From positions 544,001 through 608,000 of the forward strand of contig JBJBCN010000003.1 of the NCBI GenBank assembly GCA_047285805.1: a stretch of 64,000 nt of DNA. Direction: 5' to 3'. A model generated the notes under the pieces. That model was not told where the DNA came from. It saw only the letters and a program-made list of their open reading frames with translations, and ran no database searches. Shown piece by piece: positions 1 to 12,307 of this stretch (position 1 is its first letter; each line of letters starts with the position of its first letter). A program made the translations under genes and the position numbers. The stretch is from Synechococcus sp. GTDB lineage: Bacteria; Cyanobacteriota; Cyanobacteriia; PCC-6307; Cyanobiaceae.

Positions 1-238
1 TGCCATCCGCCGCACCCTGCGGCGCTTACCCAGCACCTTGTTTGTGATTGAACCGGCCGGCTCCGGCCTGTGGCGTTTTGAAGGAGGTGGTTTCGGCCAT
101 GGCGCTGGCCTGTCCCAGGCCGGTGCCATCGATCTAGGGGGGCGCGGTTGGACTGTTCAGCAGATTCTGCGGCACTACTACCCCGGAACGGAGTTGGTTC
201 CGCTGTCGTCCTTAGGGACAACGAAGGGGGGCTCTTAG
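1..238 (+). CDS. SpoIID/LytB domain protein, C-terminal part (5' end lies outside the window)
   Basis: Frame is open from the window start (AIRRTLRRLPSTLF...) and contains the SpoIID motif GGGFGHGAGLSQAGA...IL.HYYPG. Confidence 0.85.
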   Translation, partial: AIRRTLRRLPSTLFVIEPAGSGLWRFEGGGFGHGAGLSQAGAIDLGGRGWTVQQILRHYYPGTELVPLSSLGTTKGGS

Positions 239-262
239 AGTCCAGTCATCCTCGGGATCGCC

Positions 263-1588
263 ATGGCCGCTGGGGGCACAGCCACAGGAGCGCGCCGACT
301 GCAGGCCTCCCTGTTTTTGATCGTTTGCTTTGGGGCTGCAGCAGCACCCCATAGGCTGCCTGCGGCCCAGGCCCTTTGGCCAGCTGCCGTCCTGACGTTC
401 CTACTTGGCTCGTACCTCCTGAGGGCCGTTTTTCTTCCTGCGTTCCGCGGGGCCCAGGCGGAGAGCTCAACGGAGCTCGAGAGCTGGCCCGCCGTTGATC
501 TGGTGGTGGCGGCCCGTGACGAGGAGGCCGTCATTGGTCGCTTGGTTGAGCGTTTGGCCGCCCTGCGCTATCCGGCAGACCGCCTGAAGATCTGGATCGT
601 TGACGACGGCAGTGAGGACCGGACCCCCGAGGTCTTAAGGGCCTATCAGGCCCGGTTCTCGCAACTGCAGGTGTTGCGACGGCCCCGCGATGCCGGCGGC
701 GGAAAGTCCGGGGCCCTCAATGCGGTGCTCCCCAACCTCCAAGGGCGTTGGTTGCTGGTGCTGGATGCCGATGCCCAGCTGCAGCCCGACGTTCTCGAGC
801 GACTGGTGCGTTATGCGGAACAGGGGGGATGGTCAGCGGTTCAGCTGCGCAAGTCCGTGGTTAATCCAGACCTCAACTGGTTGACCCGTGCCCAGGCCAT
901 GGAAATGGCACTGGATGCCGTCATTCAGCAGGGGCGCCTGGCCTCGGGTGGGGTCGTTGAGTTGCGCGGCAACGGTCAGTTGCTCCAGCGAGAGGCTGTG
1001 CTCAGTTGCGAGGGCTTCAACGAAGCCACCGTGACCGATGACCTCGATTTGAGTTTCCGTCTGCTGGTCCAGCAGCAACCGGTCGCTTTGCTCTGGGACC
1101 CGCCCGTGCAGGAGGAGGCAGTGACCGCTTGGAGTGCCCTGTGGCGCCAGCGTCAGCGCTGGGCCGAGGGTGGCCTCCAACGGTTCTTTGACTATTGGCC
1201 CCAGCTCACTGGACCTGAGGTACCTGCCGCCCGCAAGCTCGATCTCAGCTGCTTTTTTCTGCTCCAATACGCCTTGCCGGTGATGGCTGCCGCCGATGCC
1301 TTGACGGCGCTTATCACGCGTACGGCTCCCCTGAGTTGGCCACTGTCGTTTGTCGCGTTTGGTCTCTCCGGTGGAGCGATCTTGGTGGGTTGCACCCGTC
1401 GCTCAGAGGGGCCGGACCTGCCGTCGATGGGACCGATGAACCTCGCCTGGGGCATCGCCTACCTGGGCCATTGGTTTGTGGTGATCCCTTACACCACCTT
1501 GCGGATGGCCCTGCTGCCCAAGCGTCTGATTTGGGCCAAGACGCTGCACGTGGGTGCCGACCCGGAGCCCGATCAAGCGACGGCTTGA
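263..1588 (+). CDS. Family 2 glycosyltransferase, probably monoglucosyldiacylglycerol synthase (MgdA-like)
   Basis: DDGS, DAD, TDDLD and QRQRW motifs of processive GT2 enzymes; flanking transmembrane segments. Confidence 0.85.
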   Translation: MAAGGTATGARRLQASLFLIVCFGAAAAPHRLPAAQALWPAAVLTFLLGSYLLRAVFLPAFRGAQAESSTELESWPAVDLVVAARDEEAVIGRLVERLAALRYPADRLKIWIVDDGSEDRTPEVLRAYQARFSQLQVLRRPRDAGGGKSGALNAVLPNLQGRWLLVLDADAQLQPDVLERLVRYAEQGGWSAVQLRKSVVNPDLNWLTRAQAMEMALDAVIQQGRLASGGVVELRGNGQLLQREAVLSCEGFNEATVTDDLDLSFRLLVQQQPVALLWDPPVQEEAVTAWSALWRQRQRWAEGGLQRFFDYWPQLTGPEVPAARKLDLSCFFLLQYALPVMAAADALTALITRTAPLSWPLSFVAFGLSGGAILVGCTRRSEGPDLPSMGPMNLAWGIAYLGHWFVVIPYTTLRMALLPKRLIWAKTLHVGADPEPDQATA

Positions 1589-3462
1589 TCGTCTCCTAAT
1601 TCGGGCATGGGGTCCTGCACGTCCACGACTTCCCCGTTGAAGAAATCAGCCAGTCGCTTCGCTTGGTCGTCGATCAGGCCATCGGGTTGCCTTGCGGCCG
1701 CAGGGGTCTCTGCTGCGGGCCTGGGTTCCTGCTCGGGCGCCTGCGGTTGGGAACTGCGTGCTGCTGGCGCTCTCTCCGCCGGAGCCGGGGGGGATAGGGG
1801 AGCGGGTGCAGCGGCAGGGGGCGCGCTTCCGGTTGTTGGGGGTGGTACCTGTGCCTGAACGGGAGCGGAGGCGGGTGCACTCGCGGCCGGCGGCTCAGGC
1901 GCTGGTGTCGTGGCTGGGGCGCCGATTGGTGCGGCAGTCTCGGGAGCACTGCCGGCTTCGAGAACGACCTGCCGAGGGCTGCCCAGGGCGCAGGCGACGG
2001 CTTTTTCCAGCAGGGGCAGGCGGCTTTGAACCATGGCGGTCCAGTTGCCGGCGACTTGAACTACTGCGCGCTGACTGTCCAGGCGGGCGAGGGCGGCCTG
2101 CTGAGAGAGGAGCATGCGGGTGGAGGGCAGCTCTAAGCCAGCCAGGATCTGTTGCCAGAGGGCGGCCAGGTCCAGGGCCTCCCCACTGGGCGCGGCCGCA
2201 AGGGTAGAAGGCTCGGGTGCGGGTGCCGCGACAGGCGGGGCCTGCACGACGGGTACTGGGTCTGGTGCCGCGTCGGCTGGGGCTGGGACGGGCGAGACCG
2301 GGGCTTCCCTGACGGCCGTCGCCGGTCGTTGGGGTGCGGCGGGGGCGGTCACGCTGGTCTGGATGGCCGGTTCAGCCAGAAGGCCGAGCAGGAGCACTTC
2401 GAGCCAGAGCCGGGGTTGAGCACTCTGGCGTAGTTGCTGCTCGCTTCCTTTGAGTTGGGATTGCCAGCGCAGCAGCTTCGCTTTGCCGATGTTGCGGGCG
2501 AGGGCCGGTAGTTCCCCGCGGATCTGCGGCGAGAAGCTGGTGAGCTCCAGGCGGTCCGGGGCGACGCCGGCGAGTACCAGGTCCCGAAGGAGGCCCGCCA
2601 TCCCCTGGAGGACGGCGCCAGGCTCACGGCCGCGATCTAGCAGGTTGCGGATCGCCTCGATGACCCCGAGCGGCTCGCTCCCGGCCAGGGCTTGGGCGAG
2701 TTGCAGCAGCTCCTGTTCGGGCACGGCCCCCAGCAGTTCCCAGACAGCCATCGGTTCGACGGGGCCCGGCAACAAGCTGAGTTGATCGAGGAGGCTTTCG
2801 GCGTCCCGCAGGCCCCCCTGGGCCCGCTGGGCCACCACATGCAGGGCTTCTGGGGTGATCTGAATCGCCTCTTGCTGAGCGATCCAGCCCAGGTGCTGCT
2901 CGAGGGCATCCAGGGGAATGCGCCGGTAGTCGAAGCGCTGACAGCGGCTCAGGATTGTGGGCAGAACCCGTTGCGGGTCGGTGGTCGCCAGTACAAAGAC
3001 CACCCGCGGCGGCGGCTCCTCAAGAGTTTTGAGCAGGGCGTTGAAGGCCGCGGTCGAGAGCATGTGGCACTCGTCCACCACGTAGACCTTCCAGCGGGCC
3101 TGAACCGGCGCGAAGCGTGAGCGTTCAATCAGCTCGCGGATGTTGTCGACGCCGGTGTTGGAGGCGGCGTCGATCTCGATGACATCGAGGGCGTTGCCGT
3201 TGGCAATGGAGGTGCAGAGCTCACAGGTGCCGCAGGGCTCGGGGGTCGGGCCCTCGGAGCTCATGCAATTGAGGGAGCGCGCCAGGATGCGCGCGCTGGA
3301 GGTTTTCCCGGTACCGCGGGGGCCGCTGAAGAGATACGCGGGCGCAATTCGGCCGGACCGCAGGGCGTTGCCCAGGGTTGCGGCGATCGCCTCTTGCCCC
3401 ACAAGCTGATCGAACCGCTGCGGGCGGTACTTGTGGTGTAGCGGTTGGTAGGCGGCCGGCAT
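1573..3462 (-). CDS. dnaX: DNA polymerase III subunit gamma/tau
   Basis: KYRPQRF, GPRGTGKT Walker A, Zn-binding Cys cluster, EIDAAS, DECH, SRC motif; Pro/Ala-rich linker. Confidence 0.97.
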   Translation of the reverse strand: MPAAYQPLHHKYRPQRFDQLVGQEAIAATLGNALRSGRIAPAYLFSGPRGTGKTSSARILARSLNCMSSEGPTPEPCGTCELCTSIANGNALDVIEIDAASNTGVDNIRELIERSRFAPVQARWKVYVVDECHMLSTAAFNALLKTLEEPPPRVVFVLATTDPQRVLPTILSRCQRFDYRRIPLDALEQHLGWIAQQEAIQITPEALHVVAQRAQGGLRDAESLLDQLSLLPGPVEPMAVWELLGAVPEQELLQLAQALAGSEPLGVIEAIRNLLDRGREPGAVLQGMAGLLRDLVLAGVAPDRLELTSFSPQIRGELPALARNIGKAKLLRWQSQLKGSEQQLRQSAQPRLWLEVLLLGLLAEPAIQTSVTAPAAPQRPATAVREAPVSPVPAPADAAPDPVPVVQAPPVAAPAPEPSTLAAAPSGEALDLAALWQQILAGLELPSTRMLLSQQAALARLDSQRAVVQVAGNWTAMVQSRLPLLEKAVACALGSPRQVVLEAGSAPETAAPIGAPATTPAPEPPAASAPASAPVQAQVPPPTTGSAPPAAAPAPLSPPAPAERAPAARSSQPQAPEQEPRPAAETPAAARQPDGLIDDQAKRLADFFNGEVVDVQDPMPELGDDQAVA

Positions 3463-3471
3463 GGCTGGAGG

Positions 3472-4176
3472 CTACTGGCCCTTGACGCCTCTGTTCGGCT
3501 TTGAATCCTGCTGACGATCTGTTAGGAGTTGCTCGAGCTCGGCTTCCATCTCCTCCACTTCACTGAGTTGATCCGCCAGGGCTTGGGCGGCCAGACGCAG
3601 ACGTTGGAATTGGGGTTGCGGCTTTCCCTGGCCCCAACGTTCCTCGGCCCGCGCCAGTTCGGTTTCCAATTTGGCTTGCAGCTTGAGCTGTAGGGCATCG
3701 AGTTGTTCGAGGCTGCGGCGGATGAGCTCCCGTCCCTGCGCCAGTTGGCTTGGCTCCAAGCGCAGGCCCTGCCGCAGCAGCACCTTGGCGCCGGTCAGGA
3801 CGGCCGCTGGCATGAATTGCCCGATTGCCAATGCCCCCCAGCTGCCGGCCTGCAGCATGTCCTCGACTTGGGCGCTGCGGTGGCGCCCGGTCTTGCACCA
3901 ATGGGCGAAATGCTCGCAGTTGTTGAAGAGCAGGTTGTAGTTCTGCTCCCCCAAGCGCCCCATGGCTCGGCGCAGGGTTTGACCTGCCGGTAAGCAGTCG
4001 CCTGCCGGATATGCGATCACCGAGAGGGGCTGGCCCCGGCTGAACTCCTCCAGTGGGCTGCGCAGAATCTTCCGACCCTCGAGGTAGTGGGCGACGCTCC
4101 CATCCCCGATATCAATGCCGTGATGGTTGAAGAGGCCGTGCTGACGCGGCACCTGAAGGTGATCGGCGGCAGCCAT
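3472..4176 (-). CDS. Lecithin retinol acyltransferase (LRAT/NC-domain) family protein
   Basis: HHGI H-box and YNLLFNNCEHF motif; helical C-terminus. Confidence 0.85.
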   Translation of the reverse strand: MAAADHLQVPRQHGLFNHHGIDIGDGSVAHYLEGRKILRSPLEEFSRGQPLSVIAYPAGDCLPAGQTLRRAMGRLGEQNYNLLFNNCEHFAHWCKTGRHRSAQVEDMLQAGSWGALAIGQFMPAAVLTGAKVLLRQGLRLEPSQLAQGRELIRRSLEQLDALQLKLQAKLETELARAEERWGQGKPQPQFQRLRLAAQALADQLSEVEEMEAELEQLLTDRQQDSKPNRGVKGQ

Positions 4177-4181
4177 GGGCC

Positions 4182-5537
<1,356 letters not shown>

Positions 5538-5638
5538 CGGGCAGGGGCTGTGGCGGCGTTGAGCGGGAGGGCTTCGTGGCGGTGTCCCGAAACTTCAGGA
5601 TCGGTGCGATCCAGCGCTTCGTCAGCCGTCCTTAAGGA

Positions 5639-6319
5639 TCAAACCGGGGTCGTATCGGTGACGACACGATCGATCAGGCCGTATTGAACCGCTTCTGCCG
5701 GGGAAAGGAAGTAGTCGCGGTCGGTGTCTTCAGCGATTTGGTCCAAGGGCTGGCCGGTGTGTTCCGCCATCAGGCCGTTCAAGGTCTCCTTGAGGTACAG
5801 GATCTCCTTGGCTTGGATCTCGATGTCCACGGCTTGGCCTTGGGCCCCTCCCAGGGGCTGGTGGATCATGATCCGCGCGTTTGGCAGGGCGAGCCGCTTG
5901 CCCTTGGTGCCGCCGGAGAGGAGGAAGGCGCCCATGGAGGCAGCCAGGCCATAGCAGATGGTCACGACGTCAGGAGCAACCTGCTGCATGGTGTCGTAGA
6001 TCGCCAGGCCAGCGGTGACAGATCCCCCGGGGGAGTTGACGTAGATCTGAATGTCCTTCTCGGGGTCCTCGGCTTCCAGGAAGAGCAGCTGGGCGACCAT
6101 GGCGTCCGCCACTTGGTCGTCGATTCCGCTGCCCAGGAAGATGATGCGCTCGCGGAGCAGGCGGGAATAAATGTCAAAGGCCCGCTCGCCACGGCCGGAT
6201 TGCTCCACCACGGTGGGGAGAACTCCGGGAGCGGCGGACGGGCCAGTCGAGATCGAAGATTGGGGCCCTTGGCCCAGCCAGCGGTTCTGAATTGGATGGG
6301 GAGTGCTGGCGTTGATCAC
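5639..6319 (-). CDS. clpP: ATP-dependent Clp protease proteolytic subunit
   Basis: [27 protein letters not shown] and MIHQP motifs. Confidence 0.98.
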   Translation of the reverse strand: MINASTPHPIQNRWLGQGPQSSISTGPSAAPGVLPTVVEQSGRGERAFDIYSRLLRERIIFLGSGIDDQVADAMVAQLLFLEAEDPEKDIQIYVNSPGGSVTAGLAIYDTMQQVAPDVVTICYGLAASMGAFLLSGGTKGKRLALPNARIMIHQPLGGAQGQAVDIEIQAKEILYLKETLNGLMAEHTGQPLDQIAEDTDRDYFLSPAEAVQYGLIDRVVTDTTPV

Positions 6320-6357
6320 GCGGCCGGACTTGGGTCAGTCCGGCCAATCTATGGGGA

Positions 6358-7806
6358 TCAGGCCTCGTTGGTGGCTGCCTCGGCGTCGTCAGCCTTGGCT
6401 TTCTTGTTTGAAGCGCTCTTGACTTTGGCCTTGGGCTTCTCCTCGCCGGCCTCTGCGGCTTTCTCGGTAATGGTGGAGTTGCTCTCCAGCCAGCTCAGGA
6501 GCTTCTCGCGCATCAGGTCTTCCTGAACGGCCTGGCGCAGGCGCTCGGGGTCGATGCGGGAGCTGTCGCTGAAGCCGCGGCTGAGTTCCTTGACCTTGGC
6601 GTCAATTTCGCTGGCTTCCAATTCCAGCTTCTCGGCGGCGGCCAGGGCCTTGAGGGCCAGGCTGCGCTTCAGGCGCTCCTCGGCTTCGGGGCGAGAGGTC
6701 TCGCGCAGGCTTTGGATCAGCTGAGGAGTGAACAGCTTTTTGACGTCCATCCCCTGCTGGGCCAGTTGGCTAGCGGTTTGCTCGAGCAGGGTCACGATCT
6801 CCTCTTGGACGAGGGTCTCGGGCAGTTCAACCTCCAGTTGCTCCACCAGGGCCGCCAGCAGGGCGTCATGGCGGTTGGACTGGTGGCGACGCTCGGCGTC
6901 CTCCTTCAGGCGGGTCTCTAGATCGCTGCGCAGCTCGGCGAGGGTTTGCTTGTCGCTGGCTTGTTGTGCGAACGCGTCATCCAGGGCGGGCAGTTCACGG
7001 CCCTTGAGCTCGCTCAGGGTGATGTCGAAGCTGGCTTTCCTGCCGGCAGCGTCTTCCTGGGCGTAGTCCTCGGGGAACTGGCAAGCGATGGTCTTGCTCT
7101 CGCCGGCCTTCATGCCGATGACCCCTTCCACAAAGCCGGGGATCATGCGGCCGTCTTCCAGTTCCACCTCCATGGCGTCACCGCTACCGCCTTCGATGGC
7201 CTCCCCGTTGTCGCTGTAGGTGCCCTTGAAGCTGAGAACAGCCACATCACCAGAGGCTGCTGCACGGCCTTCAACCGGCACGAGGGTGGCCATCTGACGG
7301 CGGGATTGCTCGATCAGTTCGTCGATGCGGGCGGGATCGAAGCTGACGGACTCGCTTTCAGCCTTGAGGCCCTTGGTGCTCTTGAGCTTCGGTGTGGGCT
7401 CCACGTCCATCTCCAGGGTCAAGGTCAGCTCTTGACCTGGCTCAAAGCGCTCGAGAAGGGATTCGAAGCCGCCGTCGAGGGCCGGTTGGCCGATGGCGGG
7501 GATGTCGGCTTGTTTGAGGGCATCCTTGAAGACGCTGTCCACAAGGGACTCCAGGGCGGTCGCCCGAATCTGCAGGGGACCGATTTGCTGCATCAGCACC
7601 GCGCGGGGCACCTTGCCCTTGCGGAAGCCGGGCAGTTTCACGCTGCGGCTCAGCTTCTCGACGGCTGCGTTATGGCTCCCTTGGGTGCGCTCCCCAGGAA
7701 CGGCAATTTCGATCGCCATCCGGCTGCCGGGACGGGCGCTGGTGCTCAGCTTGAGATCTGCCTGTTTGGCAGTGGCTTTGCTGGCGGTGCTAGCGGCAGG
7801 GCTCAT
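6358..7806 (-). CDS. tig: Trigger factor
   Basis: PGFRKGKVP ribosome-binding signature, FKBP-like MIPGF, tig-clpP-clpX order. Confidence 0.97.
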   Translation of the reverse strand: MSPAASTASKATAKQADLKLSTSARPGSRMAIEIAVPGERTQGSHNAAVEKLSRSVKLPGFRKGKVPRAVLMQQIGPLQIRATALESLVDSVFKDALKQADIPAIGQPALDGGFESLLERFEPGQELTLTLEMDVEPTPKLKSTKGLKAESESVSFDPARIDELIEQSRRQMATLVPVEGRAAASGDVAVLSFKGTYSDNGEAIEGGSGDAMEVELEDGRMIPGFVEGVIGMKAGESKTIACQFPEDYAQEDAAGRKASFDITLSELKGRELPALDDAFAQQASDKQTLAELRSDLETRLKEDAERRHQSNRHDALLAALVEQLEVELPETLVQEEIVTLLEQTASQLAQQGMDVKKLFTPQLIQSLRETSRPEAEERLKRSLALKALAAAEKLELEASEIDAKVKELSRGFSDSSRIDPERLRQAVQEDLMREKLLSWLESNSTITEKAAEAGEEKPKAKVKSASNKKAKADDAEAATNEA

Positions 7807-8234
7807 GGATGCGATCGAGACGTCGGGCCGAACAGTCGGCTAGGGCAGCCCACGATCCTAGGTAGTCACCTGTGACGAGCTCCAACAGGCCTGTTCGTCG
7901 TCGTCCTTAGCCACGTATTGTCTTAGGCAAGAACCAGTGACCTGAAGAGTTTTTTGGCGGTGTCCACAAGGATTTCGCTCAACGGTTGCAGGTCGTGCAT
8001 CCGTCTTTCTCGGGATGTTTCACCGCTCGCCTTCCTCGGTATTGGGTTCGTCGATCGCGCTCTCCGTTGATTTCTCGCTTTATTCCTTCTCACCTCTGAT
8101 CTCACACGCCTAATTGGCGCCAACGGCTCCCGTGCCCGTTTTCCCTCTCTGTCTTGTTTTGAGCAAATCCGCCTCCTGACGAGGTCCCGCTCTGATTCTC
8201 AGTCTTTTCGCCCTACTTCTTCCCTGCACTTCCG

Positions 8235-9314
8235 TTGACTTCCACCGACGTTCGTTCGCTGCCCAACCGTCCGCTGCATGTCGCTGTCCTTGGCGCGACC
8301 GGAGCGGTTGGCCAAGAGCTGCTGACCTTGCTGAGCGAGCGGGCTTTCCCGGTCGGTCAGCTCACCCTGTTGGCTTCACCGCGCTCGGCTGGTCAAACCC
8401 TGGAATGGAACGGTAAGGAGCTGACCGTTCAGCCTGTCACGGCTGAGGCCTTTGCTGGCGTGGATGTGGTGCTCGCCTCGGCGGGTGGCTCTGTTTCGAA
8501 GCAATGGGCCCCCGTCGCCGCCGCCGCTGGGGCGGTCGTGATCGACAACTCCAGTGCCTTTCGGATGGATGCCGGGGTTCCCCTGGTGGTTCCCGAGGTC
8601 AATCCCCATGAGGCCTTCCGCCATCAAGGGGTGATCGCCAACCCCAACTGCACCACGATTTTGATGACTTTGGCGGTGGCGCCCTTAGCGGCTCGCCGAG
8701 CTCTGCGTCGGGTGGTGGTCAGCACCTATCAATCCGCTAGTGGTGCCGGTTCCCGTGCCATGGAAGAACTGACCGAACTCAGCCGCACGGTCCTCGACGG
8801 CGGGACCCCGATGAGCAGTGTCTTGCCCTATTCCCTGGCCTTCAACCTCTTTCTGCACAACTCCCCGCTGCAGGACAACGGCTATTGCGAAGAGGAGCTG
8901 AAGATGGTCAACGAAACCCGGAAGATCATGGGTTTGCCCAACCTCCGGGTCTCAGCGACCTGCGTTCGTGTTCCAGTCCTGCGCGCCCACTCCGAGTCGA
9001 TCAACATCGAATTCTGCGAACCCTTCCCCGTCGAGGAAGCCCATGCACTGCTCCAGGACGCACCAGGCGTTGAGCTGATCGAAGATTTCAGCTCCAACCG
9101 ATTCCCGATGCCCACGGATGTCACGGGGCGGGATCCTGTGGCCGTCGGCCGCATTCGCCAGGACCTCAGCGAACCCAATGCCCTTGAGCTCTGGCTTTGC
9201 GGCGACCAGATCCGTAAGGGAGCAGCCCTGAACGCGATTCAGATTGCTGAGTTGCTGCTGGATCCAGTGGCCGCGGCCGCCGCTGCTCAGGCCCCAGCGG
9301 GAGCTTCGGCATGA
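8235..9314 (+). CDS. asd: Aspartate-semialdehyde dehydrogenase
   Basis: [30 protein letters not shown] and KGAALNA motifs; TTG start. Confidence 0.97.
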   Translation: MTSTDVRSLPNRPLHVAVLGATGAVGQELLTLLSERAFPVGQLTLLASPRSAGQTLEWNGKELTVQPVTAEAFAGVDVVLASAGGSVSKQWAPVAAAAGAVVIDNSSAFRMDAGVPLVVPEVNPHEAFRHQGVIANPNCTTILMTLAVAPLAARRALRRVVVSTYQSASGAGSRAMEELTELSRTVLDGGTPMSSVLPYSLAFNLFLHNSPLQDNGYCEEELKMVNETRKIMGLPNLRVSATCVRVPVLRAHSESINIEFCEPFPVEEAHALLQDAPGVELIEDFSSNRFPMPTDVTGRDPVAVGRIRQDLSEPNALELWLCGDQIRKGAALNAIQIAELLLDPVAAAAAAQAPAGASA

Positions 9315-10228
9315 GCACGGCCTTGACCCCAGGCGCGCACTCCCCGGCCCCCTTTGGTCGTGTGATAACCGCGATGATCACCCCGTTTTCGGCCGATGGT
9401 TCTGTGGATCTGCCGATGGCGGCCAAGTTGGCCAGCCATTTGGTGGATCACGGTTCCGATGGCTTGGTGATTTGCGGCACCACCGGCGAATCGCCCACTC
9501 TCAGTTGGGATGAGCAGCACCAACTGTTCTCCGCGGTCAAAGCCTCCGTGGGGGAACGCGCCAAGGTTTTGGCCGGCACCGGCAGCAATTGCACCGACGA
9601 GGCTGTCGAGGCCATTGGTGAGGCGGCCGCGCTCGGCGCTGACGGAGCCTTGGTGGTGGTGCCCTACTACAACAAGCCTCCGCAGGAGGGTCTAGAAGCC
9701 CATTTCCGGGCCGTGGCCCAGGCGGCTCCCCAGACGCCACTGATGCTTTACAACATCCCTGGCCGGACCGGTTGCAGCCTGAGTCCAGAGACCGCCGCGC
9801 GATTGATGGACCTCCCCAACGTGGTCACCTTCAAGGCGGCGAGTGGCACGACTGAAGAGGTGAGCGCGCTGCGCGCGGCTTGCGGAGAACGCCTGGCGAT
9901 TTACAGCGGTGATGATGCCTTAACCCTGCCAATGATGGCCGTCGGTGCTGTCGGCGTCGTTAGCGTCGCCAGCCATGTCGCCGGCGATCAGATTCAGTGC
10001 ATGGTGCAGGCCTTCCTGGCCGGTGAGTTCGGTGACGCGTTGGCCAAGCACGAGCAATTGCTTCCCCTGTGCAAAGCCCTGTTCTGCACCACCAATCCCA
10101 TCCCTGTGAAGGCGGCTTTGGAACTAAGCGGCTGGTCCGTTGGTGCCCCCCGACTTCCGTTGGTTTCTGCTTCAAGCGATGTGCGCGATCGACTCACCTC
10201 CGTCCTGGCAGCCCTGCGTCCCACTTGA
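9311..10228 (+). CDS. dapA: 4-hydroxy-tetrahydrodipicolinate synthase
   Basis: [22 protein letters not shown] and NPIPVK motifs; ATGA overlap with asd. Confidence 0.97.
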   Translation: MSTALTPGAHSPAPFGRVITAMITPFSADGSVDLPMAAKLASHLVDHGSDGLVICGTTGESPTLSWDEQHQLFSAVKASVGERAKVLAGTGSNCTDEAVEAIGEAAALGADGALVVVPYYNKPPQEGLEAHFRAVAQAAPQTPLMLYNIPGRTGCSLSPETAARLMDLPNVVTFKAASGTTEEVSALRAACGERLAIYSGDDALTLPMMAVGAVGVVSVASHVAGDQIQCMVQAFLAGEFGDALAKHEQLLPLCKALFCTTNPIPVKAALELSGWSVGAPRLPLVSASSDVRDRLTSVLAALRPT

Positions 10229-10313
10229 CGCCAAGGCCGACCTGACTTGTTGCTGAGCAACCCCTCTTTCAACGTTTTTCACCCATGCGGCTGAGCCGCG
10301 TCCCCCTCTCTGT

Positions 10314-12293
10314 ATGACTTCACAAACCCCTGCGCGTAACGGCGCCGCGAAGCAGCCCCACCTGCGGGTAATTCCCCTGGGCGGCCTGCACGAGATCGGC
10401 AAGAACACCTGCGTGTTCGAGTACGGCGACGACATCATGCTCGTGGATGCGGGCCTCGCCTTCCCCAGCGATGGGATGCACGGCGTGAACGTCGTCATGC
10501 CCGACACCAGCTATCTCAAGGAGAACCAGAAGCGCATCCGCGGAATGATCGTGACCCACGGTCACGAGGACCACATCGGGGGCATTTCGCACCACCTCAA
10601 GAACTTCAATATCCCGGTGATCTATGGCCCCCGGCTCGCCATGTCGATGCTCCAGGGAAAGATGGAGGAGGCTGGCGTAACCGATCGCACCACCATCCAG
10701 ACCGTTGGTCCGCGGGATGTGGTGAAGGTCGGCCAGCACTTCTCAGTGGAGTTCATCCGGAACACCCACTCGATGGCAGACAGCTTCTCGTTGGCCATCA
10801 CCACCCCTGTCGGGACGATCATCTTCACGGGTGACTTCAAGTTCGACCACACCCCGGTCGACGGCGAATACTTCGATATGGCCCGCCTCGCCCATCACGG
10901 CGAGCAGGGCGTTCTCTGCCTCTTCAGCGATTCCACCAACGCCGAAGTCCCAGGCTTCTGCCCCCCCGAGCGCTCGGTCTTCCCGGCCCTGGATCGCCAC
11001 ATCGCCCAGGCCGAAGGCCGGGTGATCGTGACGACCTTTGCGAGCTCGATACATCGCGTAGCGATGATCCTTGAGCTGGCCATGAAGAACGGCCGGAAAG
11101 TCGGTCTCCTCGGCCGCTCGATGCTCAACGTGATCGCCAAGGCCCGTGAGTTGGGCTACATGCGCGCTCCGGATGATCTGTTCGTGCCGATCAAGCAGAT
11201 TCGCGACCTCCCCGACCGCGAAACCCTGCTGCTCATGACCGGTAGCCAGGGTGAGCCTTTGGCCGCCTTGAGCCGCATCTCCCGAGGTGAGCACCCGCAG
11301 GTGCAGGTCAAGACCAGCGACACGATCATCTTCTCCGCGAGCCCGATCCCTGGGAACACCATCTCGGTGGTGAACACCATCGACCGGCTGATGATGCTGG
11401 GCGCCAAAGTGGTTTACGGCAAGGGCGAGGGTATCCACGTTTCTGGCCACGGCTTCCAGGAGGACCAGAAGCTGATGCTGGCCCTCACCCGTCCCAAGTT
11501 CTTCGTGCCAGTGCACGGCGAGCACCGCATGCTCGTTTGCCACAGCAAGACCGCCCAGTCCATGGGCGTTCCGGCCGACAACATGTTGATCATCGACAAT
11601 GGTGATGTTGTCGAGCTGACGGCTGACTCGATCAAGAAGGGCGACCCCGTGAAGGCGGGCATCGAACTCTTGGATGCCTCCCGCAACGGCATCGTTGACG
11701 CCCGCGTGCTCAAAGAGCGTCAGCAGCTCGCCGATGACGGCGTGATCACGATGCTCGCCCTGATCAGCACCGACGGTGTGATGGCGGCTCCTCCGCGGGT
11801 CAACCTGCGTGGTGTCGTCACCGCGGCTGATCCCCGCAAGCTCAGCCTCTGGACCGAACGGGAAATCACCTGGGTGCTCGAGAACCGCTGGCAGCAGCTC
11901 TCCCGCAACACTGGTGGCAAGGCCCCTGAGGTCGACTGGATGGGCGTGCAGCGTGAAATCGAGGTAGGTCTGCAGAGACGCCTGCGCCGTGAACTGCAAG
12001 TCGAGCCGCTGATCATCTGTCTGGTTCAGCCTGCTCCTGGCGGCACCCCGGCCTACAAGGGTCGTGCTGACGCAGAGCCTGACACCCGTCCGGCCCCCCG
12101 TGGCCGCCGTGACGGCAACCGCGATGGCAACCGTGACCGGGATCGCACCCCTCGCCGTGAGTTGGCTCCCGTGGGCGCGGCGGTTCCCGCGCCGGTGGCT
12201 GCAGCCAAGGCTGCCCCTGTGGTCGCTGCGGCGAAGGCTGAGGAACCTGAAATCGCCGGCCGGACCCGCCGCCGCCGTTCCACCGCGAGCTGA
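10314..12293 (+). CDS. rnj: Ribonuclease J
   Basis: PLGGLHEIGKN, THGHEDHIG metallo-beta-lactamase motif, HVSGH, PVHGE. Confidence 0.96.
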   Translation: MTSQTPARNGAAKQPHLRVIPLGGLHEIGKNTCVFEYGDDIMLVDAGLAFPSDGMHGVNVVMPDTSYLKENQKRIRGMIVTHGHEDHIGGISHHLKNFNIPVIYGPRLAMSMLQGKMEEAGVTDRTTIQTVGPRDVVKVGQHFSVEFIRNTHSMADSFSLAITTPVGTIIFTGDFKFDHTPVDGEYFDMARLAHHGEQGVLCLFSDSTNAEVPGFCPPERSVFPALDRHIAQAEGRVIVTTFASSIHRVAMILELAMKNGRKVGLLGRSMLNVIAKARELGYMRAPDDLFVPIKQIRDLPDRETLLLMTGSQGEPLAALSRISRGEHPQVQVKTSDTIIFSASPIPGNTISVVNTIDRLMMLGAKVVYGKGEGIHVSGHGFQEDQKLMLALTRPKFFVPVHGEHRMLVCHSKTAQSMGVPADNMLIIDNGDVVELTADSIKKGDPVKAGIELLDASRNGIVDARVLKERQQLADDGVITMLALISTDGVMAAPPRVNLRGVVTAADPRKLSLWTEREITWVLENRWQQLSRNTGGKAPEVDWMGVQREIEVGLQRRLRRELQVEPLIICLVQPAPGGTPAYKGRADAEPDTRPAPRGRRDGNRDGNRDRDRTPRRELAPVGAAVPAPVAAAKAAPVVAAAKAEEPEIAGRTRRRRSTAS

Positions 12294-12307
12294 GTCCTGA
12301 AGTGGCC

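Noticed and set aside
1700..2400. Possible programmed frameshift in the dnaX linker to give the gamma subunit
   Set aside because: No A-AAA-AAG or long A-run slippery site; it is a Pro/Ala low-complexity linker.
8080..8110. CTCACCTC...CTCACAC resembling the Yfr1 sRNA motif ACTCCTCACAC
   Set aside because: Not an exact match, and the flanking hairpin and terminator structure is missing.
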